NCBI GenBank assembly: GCA_028698185.1
Contig: JAQVDW010000004.1
Coordinates: 30,001-62,000 of the forward strand
Direction of reading: 5' to 3'
DNA from: Erysipelotrichaceae bacterium
GTDB taxonomy: Bacteria > Bacillota_I > Bacilli_A > Erysipelotrichales > Coprobacillaceae
Length of the DNA stretch: 32,000 nt
The translations under genes were made by a program, and so were the position numbers. The notes under the pieces are model-generated. The model was not told the DNA's origin. It ran no database searches and saw nothing but the letters and a program-made list of their open reading frames with translations. Each line of letters opens with the position of its first letter. Position 1 is the first letter of the stretch. Below are positions 26,205 to 32,000 of this stretch, one piece after another.

Positions 26205-26214
26205 AGGAAAAATT

Positions 26215-27027
26215 ATGGACAAGATAAAAATACATGGGTTGAGCTTTTTCGCCCACCATGGCGTTTTCGAGCAGGAAAAAATCAAGGGGCAGGAATTCAT
26301 CATCGACTGCGAATTCGAGATTGACACAAGTCGATGCAACGATCAACTTGACAAGACGGTGAATTACGGCGAAGTGTCATTGGATATCGTCGATTTTGCC
26401 ACAAAGAACCAGTATGATCTGCTTGAGGCGCTTGCGAACAAGCTGGCCAGATACCTGCTTGGAAAGTTCCATCTGATGGCCGGACTGACCCTGACAATCC
26501 ACAAGCCCAACGCACCGATTCCAACCAAGTTCGATGACGTGACTTTGACAATCCACCGCCAGTGGACCACGGCTTTTCTGGCGACCGGATCGAATTTGGG
26601 CGACCGCCAGGCCAATCTGGACTCGGTACTCGACCAGATAGCTGCCGACCCCAATATGGAATTGGCAGGAAAATCAAGTTACCTGGAAACCCCACCTTAT
26701 GGTGTGGTTGACCAGCCCGACTTTTACAACGGGGTCATCAAGATACAAACCATCTACACCCCATACGAGTTGCTTGATTTTTGCCACCGGGTTGAGACGC
26801 TCGCGGGCCGGGTAAGGAAAAGAAGATGGGGCGAGCGCACCCTGGATGTCGACATCCTAACCTTTGGTGATGTTGTCATCTACAACGACAATCTCAAAAT
26901 TCCCCATCCCGAGATGCACCTGCGCGATTTCGTCTTGAAGCCGTTGTGCGAGATCGAGCCGTATCTGATCCATCCGGTATTGAAAAAAAATGTGACGGCG
27001 CTCTTGAAAGAATTAAGTGAAAACTAG
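26215..27027 (+). CDS. folB-folK: bifunctional dihydroneopterin aldolase / 2-amino-4-hydroxy-6-hydroxymethyldihydropteridine diphosphokinase
   Basis: The N-terminal half is FolB-like (IHGLSFFAHHGVFEQEK...VNYG). The C-terminal half is HPPK-like (ATGSNLGD...RWGERTLDVDIL...PHPEMHLRDFVL). Confidence 0.9.
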   Translation: MDKIKIHGLSFFAHHGVFEQEKIKGQEFIIDCEFEIDTSRCNDQLDKTVNYGEVSLDIVDFATKNQYDLLEALANKLARYLLGKFHLMAGLTLTIHKPNAPIPTKFDDVTLTIHRQWTTAFLATGSNLGDRQANLDSVLDQIAADPNMELAGKSSYLETPPYGVVDQPDFYNGVIKIQTIYTPYELLDFCHRVETLAGRVRKRRWGERTLDVDILTFGDVVIYNDNLKIPHPEMHLRDFVLKPLCEIEPYLIHPVLKKNVTALLKELSEN

Positions 27028-27095
27028 ACGACCTCGCAAAAAAGCGATGCCGTTTTTTCCAATGCCATAAAAATCACGACAAGGACACTTTTAGA

Positions 27096-27125
27096 GCCGG
27101 GGCGGGGACGAATTCCGGCATTTTT
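27096..27125 (+). terminator. weak intrinsic terminator
   Basis: gccgg (27096-27100) pairs with ccggc (27115-27119), then ATTTTT. The stem is only 5 bp. Confidence 0.4.
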
Positions 27126-27145
27126 GTTCTTAAAGGTTGAATTTG

Positions 27146-27174
27146 TTGTGAAAATACCCTAAAGTGTTTATAAT
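27146..27174 (+). promoter_or_regulatory. promoter of the CinA-like gene
   Basis: TTGTGA (27146-27151), a 17-nt spacer, then TATAAT (27169-27174). Confidence 0.5.
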
Positions 27175-27304
27175 GAAGTTAGGAAGACTCATGGACCATG
27201 GTGGCATTTGCCAGTCAGGGAACATGAGCCAAATGATAAACTAAAACATTTTTCATGGCCGATAGTTTATCCATATTTTAATCGAAAGAGACGGACAGGA
27301 TATT

Positions 27305-28348
27305 ATGAATGTGGAAATTATCAATGTCGGAACGGAACTGCTTTTAGGTGAGATTGTCAATACCAACGCCACTTATCTCCAGAAGATGTGCAAAGAACTG
27401 GGGTTCGATGTGTTCTTCCAGCAGACCGTCGGTGACAATCCCGACCGGGTCAAGCAGGCCCTTGATGTCGCTTTTGCCCGCGGGGCGGACTGTGTCATCA
27501 CTACCGGGGGGCTGGGGCCAACCCAGGACGATCTCACCAAGGAGATCGCTACCGATTATCTTGGTTTGCGGCTGGTCTACGACAAGGAGCAGGCGGCGAC
27601 AGTCATGGCCAAGATGCTTTTCTTGACCAAGGGCCAGGAGGTCACCTCCAACAATCTCAAGCAGGCGTTCTTCCCCGAAGGTGCCCATATCCTCGAAAAT
27701 GCGGTGGGGACAGCCAACGGCTGTGTGATGACCAGCGGTGACAAGATGATCATCAACCTGCCCGGACCGCCAAAGGAACTGCGTTACCTGGTCGACAGCC
27801 AGCTCAAGGATTATCTCAAGCAGTTCCGCCAGGCCCGGATCTACACCTTGGATATCTTCACCCTGGGCATCGGCGAGAGCAAGGTGGCCCATCTTCTTGA
27901 AGACATCATCAACAACCAGGAAGGCGTTTCGATCGCCCTGTATGCATCGGAAATCTCAGTCCGGGTCCGTTTGGGCTGCAAGGCCCTGAACCGGGAAGAG
28001 GCTCTTGAGCATCTTTCCAAGGTAAAGCAGGAAATCACCGAAAAGCTCAAGGACTATGTGGTCGATAAGCTGGATCTCAAGAAATACATTTATGACCATA
28101 TCCCCGCCTATACCATCAACCTGCCCGAAGGCTGCGAAATTTTCGCCAAGCCCCTAGGTCCAGTCCAAGGCGGCGACCTGGTCGTGACCATTACCAAAAA
28201 GGCCTACCCGCTAGGTGAGGAGCTCAGGCTCAACATCAACTATCAGGGCGAAAAATTCATCACGAAAATCCGCTATCTCGGTACGTCAAGCTACTCGAAG
28301 GAAAAGATCGAACATCGGATCCTGGAAGCGATCGCCAAAATACTTTAA
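27305..28348 (+). CDS. CinA-like protein: N-terminal MoCF-biosynthesis (MoaB/MogA-like) domain plus middle domain, without the C-terminal PncC deamidase domain
   Basis: MNVEIINVGTELLLGEIVNTNATYL and ITTGGLGPTQDDLTKE are typical CinA N-domain motifs. The protein is 347 aa, against about 410-420 for full-length CinA. Confidence 0.85.
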   Translation: MNVEIINVGTELLLGEIVNTNATYLQKMCKELGFDVFFQQTVGDNPDRVKQALDVAFARGADCVITTGGLGPTQDDLTKEIATDYLGLRLVYDKEQAATVMAKMLFLTKGQEVTSNNLKQAFFPEGAHILENAVGTANGCVMTSGDKMIINLPGPPKELRYLVDSQLKDYLKQFRQARIYTLDIFTLGIGESKVAHLLEDIINNQEGVSIALYASEISVRVRLGCKALNREEALEHLSKVKQEITEKLKDYVVDKLDLKKYIYDHIPAYTINLPEGCEIFAKPLGPVQGGDLVVTITKKAYPLGEELRLNINYQGEKFITKIRYLGTSSYSKEKIEHRILEAIAKIL

Positions 28349-28379
28349 AAAACTCCCGGACATTGTGTTCAGGAGTTTT
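28349..28379. terminator. bidirectional terminator between convergent genes
   Basis: aaaactcc (28349-28356) pairs with ggagtttt (28372-28379). It overlaps the LysR stop codon. Confidence 0.6.
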
Positions 28380-29268
28380 CTTCATTCAGGCCGGTGGCTG
28401 TCTGCTGGAAGACGTTGAGGAAATGTTCGCATTCCTTGGAGAACAGCTGATACTTTTTGTAGATAAGATAATGGTTGGTGTTCAGGTCGGGATGAAACGG
28501 CACGAAGGATAAGCCCGGGATATTCAGCTGGTGGCTGTGGCTTTCCAGGCTCAATGCCAGACTTCCGCCCTGGGCGACGATCTGGGCGGCGTTGTAGAGA
28601 AGGTTGTAAGTGTTGGAAATGAGGAACCCGCGATAGTTGCCACCCAGCCAACCGGCGAATTCGTTCTTGACCATCTCCTGGTCGGGACACATCACTTCCA
28701 TATTGTAAATCTCATGCGACTGGACATGATTTTGGGCGGCCAGGCGATTGTCGTCTTTGACAAGCAGGCCCCAGCGGTCGTGGATCGGGAGCTTAAAAAA
28801 ATCGAACTTGGCCAGATTGACCGGGTCGAGCACGAGGCCGAAGTCGAGCAGACCCGATTCCAGCCGGTCGGCGATATCCTGGACATTGCCGCTGTAAAGA
28901 TGGAAATGGATCTGGGGATGATCCTTCTGGATGGCGGCGATCGCTTTTGCCAGGATGGAAGATGCCGCGGTCTCCGTCGCCCCGATATGGATGTCGCCCG
29001 AGAGGATATCGGGACTGCTTTTCATCATTTCCTCGGTCTTGTCGACTAGAAAGAGTATCTGCTGGGCCTGTTTTTTCAAAAGGAGCCCGTCATCGGTCAG
29101 GATGATGGTGCGGTTGGTCCGGATGAACAGCTGCTTGTCGAATTCTTCCTCGAGCTCCTTCATCTGGCGCGACAGGGTCGGCTGGGTGATGTGGAGCTTC
29201 TTGGCGGCCTGGACGATTGTCTTTTCCTGGGCGATAGTCAAAAAATAGCGTAAAGTTCTGATTTCCAT
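28369..29268 (-). CDS. LysR family transcriptional regulator
   Basis: MEIRTLRYFLTIAQEKTIVQAAKKLHITQPTLSRQMKELEEEF. The start at 29268 has a GGAG 7 nt upstream. The longer ORF-track start at 29289 lacks an RBS. Confidence 0.9.
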   Translation of the reverse strand: MEIRTLRYFLTIAQEKTIVQAAKKLHITQPTLSRQMKELEEEFDKQLFIRTNRTIILTDDGLLLKKQAQQILFLVDKTEEMMKSSPDILSGDIHIGATETAASSILAKAIAAIQKDHPQIHFHLYSGNVQDIADRLESGLLDFGLVLDPVNLAKFDFFKLPIHDRWGLLVKDDNRLAAQNHVQSHEIYNMEVMCPDQEMVKNEFAGWLGGNYRGFLISNTYNLLYNAAQIVAQGGSLALSLESHSHQLNIPGLSFVPFHPDLNTNHYLIYKKYQLFSKECEHFLNVFQQTATGLNEENS

Positions 29269-29372
29269 AGGCTTTCTCCGTTTCCCCATAGTGATATGGA
29301 CTGTTGATATTTTACCATTTAAAAGAGGAAAAATGCAAATGGGATCGGGGAAAAAATATTCTCCAAAACTAT

Positions 29373-29402
29373 TGACTTAAAGCCGGCTTTAAGGTTTAGA
29401 AT
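29373..29402 (+). promoter_or_regulatory. divergent control region: perfect 16-bp palindrome overlapping a promoter
   Basis: TTAAAGCCGGCTTTAA (29377-29392) is a perfect palindrome, a plausible LysR-type dimer site. It overlaps TTGACT (29373-29378) and, after an 18-nt spacer, TAGAAT (29397-29402). Confidence 0.55.
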
Positions 29403-29471
29403 CAAACTGGTTGCCATCAATATATCATAGCTGGGAAGCTTCAACGATGATGGCAAAGTGAAGGAGAACCT

Positions 29472-30353
29472 ATGGAAACAATCAAAAACAAGACATTGAC
29501 CGGAGAACGGGCACTTTTTGCCAGCGACGGTCTTCATATCGAACAGTGCATCTTTGAAAACGGGGAATCACCCCTGAAGGAAAGCGGCAACCTTGACATC
29601 GCCCAAAGCATCTTCAAATGGAAATACCCACTGTGGTATTGCCATGATGTGACCGTGGCCAACTCGATGCTCACGGAAACAGCCCGTTCGGGCATCTGGT
29701 ATACCCATGGCATTGGGATTGTCAACAGCACAATCGAAGCACCCAAGACATTCCGGCGCTCTTCGAACATAACACTTGACAATGTCAGCCTGCCATTGGC
29801 CCAGGAAACACTGTGGAACTGCAACGTTATCACAATGAAAAATGTCACTGCCCGGGGCGACTATTTCGCGATGAACAGTACCGATATCACCGCCACCAAT
29901 CTCAACCTCACCGGCAACTACGGCTTCGATGGCTGTACGAATGTCACAATCGAAAATTCGACGTTGCTGTCGAAGGATGCCTTCTGGAACTGCGAGAACG
30001 TGACTGTGAAGAATTGTACGATCATCGGCGAGTACCTTGGTTGGAACTCGAAAAATGTGACTTTCATTGATTGCACCATTTCGAGTCTGCAGGGGCTGTG
30101 TTACATCGATAACCTGAAAATGGTCAACTGCAAGCTGCTTGACACGACCCTGGCTTTCGAATATTCGACAGTCGATGTCCAAGTTGATGGCGAAATCGCC
30201 AGTGTCATCAACCCGACAAGCGGAATCATCAAAGCAAAGGCCATCAACGAGCTGATCATGGATGGGACAAAAATAGATCCGGCCAAAACCCAGATAATCA
30301 TTGATGAATTTCATCAGTCTGATCCCAGGCAAGCAGGAATAGTCTGCAACTAA
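29472..30353 (+). CDS. DUF3737 family protein (predicted right-handed beta-helix)
   Basis: Periodic N-(V/I)-T / NxT coil repeats (NVTARGD, NLNLTGN, NVTIENS, NVTVKNC, NVTFIDC). The N-terminus LTGERALF...IFENGESPLKES is as I recall for DUF3737. Confidence 0.7.
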   Translation: METIKNKTLTGERALFASDGLHIEQCIFENGESPLKESGNLDIAQSIFKWKYPLWYCHDVTVANSMLTETARSGIWYTHGIGIVNSTIEAPKTFRRSSNITLDNVSLPLAQETLWNCNVITMKNVTARGDYFAMNSTDITATNLNLTGNYGFDGCTNVTIENSTLLSKDAFWNCENVTVKNCTIIGEYLGWNSKNVTFIDCTISSLQGLCYIDNLKMVNCKLLDTTLAFEYSTVDVQVDGEIASVINPTSGIIKAKAINELIMDGTKIDPAKTQIIIDEFHQSDPRQAGIVCN

Positions 30354-30363
30354 GGAGAATCAT

Positions 30364-31524
30364 ATGAGTGAATTCGACAAATTGACTGACCGCTTCAATA
30401 GCGGTTCATACAAGTGGGACATCAAGGAGAATGAATTGCCGATGTGGGTGGCGGACATGGATTTCAATACCGCCCCTGCTGTCGTATCGGCTTTGTATGA
30501 ACGCGTGGACCATGGTATTTTTGGCTACAACATCGTACCGGACGAATTTTTTGAAAGTTATCGGAAATGGTGGGGCAACCGCCATGACTTCAATATTGAA
30601 AAAGAATGGATGATGTTTTGCACCGGCGTTGTTCCGGCCATTTCATCGATTGTCCGCAAGCTGACGACGGTGGGCGAAAATGTCCTGATCCAATCACCAG
30701 TCTACAACATCTTCTACAACTCGATCTTGAACAATGGCCGCAATGTCCTGTCAAGCGACCTGGTGTATGATGATGGGGCCTACCGGATCGACTTCGCCGA
30801 TTTGGAAGCCAAGCTGGCAATGAAACAGACGACGCTGATGATCCTGTGCAATCCCCACAACCCGATTGGAAAAATCTGGGACAAAAGCACCCTGAGAAAA
30901 ATCGGGGACCTTTGCGCCAAGCATCACGTGTTGGTGGTCAGTGATGAAATCCACTGTGACATCACCGCGCCGGGGAAAAGCTATATCCCATTTGCGAGTG
31001 TCTCGGACAATAATCTCAACAACTCGATCACCCTGATCGCTCCAACAAAGGCCTTCAATCTGGCTGGGTTGCAGACATCGTGCATCGTTGTGGCTGATGA
31101 ATATCTCCGCCACAAAGTCAACCGGGGCATCAACACCGATGAAGTGGCCGAACCAAACAGCTTCGCGGTCACTGCCACAATTGCCGCGTTCGAACATGGT
31201 AGTGAATGGCTTGAACAGATGAAAGAATATGTCCAAACAAACAAGCAGACAGCCACCGCTTTTATCCGGGAACAAATCCCCCAAATCAAAGTGGTTGAAA
31301 GCGAGGCCACCTACCTGATGTGGCTCGACTGTTCGAGCATAACGACCGCCAGCGATAAGCTCGTGGAGTTCATCAGGGAAGCGACCGGCCTGATTTTAAG
31401 TTCGGGTCAGGAGTACGGCCCAAACGGATCCGGGTTTGTCCGGATGAACGTGGCCTGCGCCAGGGAACGTCTCGAAGATGGGCTGGCACGGCTGGAAAAA
31501 GGGATTAAGGGTTTTAAAATTTGA
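30364..31524 (+). CDS. MalY/PatB family PLP-dependent C-S lyase (cystathionine beta-lyase type aminotransferase)
   Basis: FDKLTDRFNSGSYKWD....LPMWVADMDF N-terminus and an aminotransferase class I/II body (SPVYN, CNPHNPIG, TKAFNLAG). Confidence 0.88.
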   Translation: MSEFDKLTDRFNSGSYKWDIKENELPMWVADMDFNTAPAVVSALYERVDHGIFGYNIVPDEFFESYRKWWGNRHDFNIEKEWMMFCTGVVPAISSIVRKLTTVGENVLIQSPVYNIFYNSILNNGRNVLSSDLVYDDGAYRIDFADLEAKLAMKQTTLMILCNPHNPIGKIWDKSTLRKIGDLCAKHHVLVVSDEIHCDITAPGKSYIPFASVSDNNLNNSITLIAPTKAFNLAGLQTSCIVVADEYLRHKVNRGINTDEVAEPNSFAVTATIAAFEHGSEWLEQMKEYVQTNKQTATAFIREQIPQIKVVESEATYLMWLDCSSITTASDKLVEFIREATGLILSSGQEYGPNGSGFVRMNVACARERLEDGLARLEKGIKGFKI

Positions 31525-31534
31525 ATATAAATGT

Positions 31535-31569
31535 AAAAACAGCCATCCAGTGATATAGTGGCTGTTTTT
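31535..31569. terminator. bidirectional terminator between convergent genes
   Basis: aaaaacagcca (31535-31545) pairs with tggctgttttt (31559-31569), a perfect 11 bp. Confidence 0.75.
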
Positions 31570-32000
31570 ACATGGAAAATCGGTCGCGGTATTGCTTGGG
31601 GGTGCAGTTGTAGCGCTCCTTGAACTTCCGGTAGAAAAAATTCAGGTTGTTGTAGCCGCAATTTTGAGCCACCTGTTCAATCGGATCGGTCGTGTTGACA
31701 AGCAATCTGACGCCGTGGTCGAGCCGCAACTTGATGACAATGTCCTTGAAAGACTTTCCAAAATTCTTCTTAAGCAAAGTTGTCAAATAGCAGGGGTTGA
31801 CGTTCACGTGGGCTGCGGTCTGTTCCAAGGTACATGATTGGAAATTGTTTTCCATGAAGCGCATCGCCTTGATCAATACGGAGTTGGAGCGGGAAACGGA
31901 GTTCAAGTCGAGGTTGTTCTCGAGATTGTTGCTTATGTCCAGGATTATCAGGAAAAAGAGGTTCTTTATTATTTCCTGCGCATTGGCAGAGGGCCGATAG
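31568..32000 (-). CDS. AraC family transcriptional regulator, C-terminal part (5' end lies beyond the window)
   Basis: Dual HTH ...TAAHVNVNPCYLTTLLKKNFGKSF...IEQVAQNCGYNNLNFFYRKFKERYNCTPKQYR. My hand translation shows the frame stays open to position 32000, so the TTG at 31906 in the ORF track is not the true start. Confidence 0.85.
   Translation of the reverse strand, partial: YRPSANAQEIIKNLFFLIILDISNNLENNLDLNSVSRSNSVLIKAMRFMENNFQSCTLEQTAAHVNVNPCYLTTLLKKNFGKSFKDIVIKLRLDHGVRLLVNTTDPIEQVAQNCGYNNLNFFYRKFKERYNCTPKQYRDRFSM

Overview
This is a Bacillota-type chromosomal segment. G+C is about 45-58 % in the sampled core lines. Shine-Dalgarno sites are AGGAGG-like and terminators are a hairpin plus a T-run. 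Almost all genes are on the + strand.

Gene order:
- purH (3' end)-purD-purL-purB.
- A strikingly AT-rich ~2.85 kb islet (about 27 % G+C in the line sampled).
- SDR oxidoreductase, an RpiR/MurR regulator, a beta-glucoside PTS EIIBCA gene (frameshifted near its 3' end) and a GH1 6-phospho-beta-glucosidase.
- A PadR-like/DUF1700/DUF4097 module with a fourth Imm-5-like gene.
- proB-proA plus a C_GCAxxG_C_C family gene.
- MarR plus a heterodimeric ABC exporter with one degenerate ATP site.
- A THF riboswitch controlling HD-domain protein-folP-folB/folK.
- A CinA-like protein.
- A divergent LysR regulator with DUF3737 and a PatB/MalY C-S lyase.
- The 3' part of an AraC-type regulator.

No rRNA, tRNA, CRISPR array, transposase or integrase was seen.

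The best candidate for something undescribed is the islet at 6565-9414. It sits in the purB terminator and is bracketed by a duplicated 31-bp terminator sequence. It carries an uncharacterised membrane protein / winged-helix regulator / secreted protein cassette behind a promoter with nested palindromes. It ends with three GGTGGCTCT repeats spaced exactly 23 bp apart. All functional readings of that cassette are inference and need homology and structure searches.
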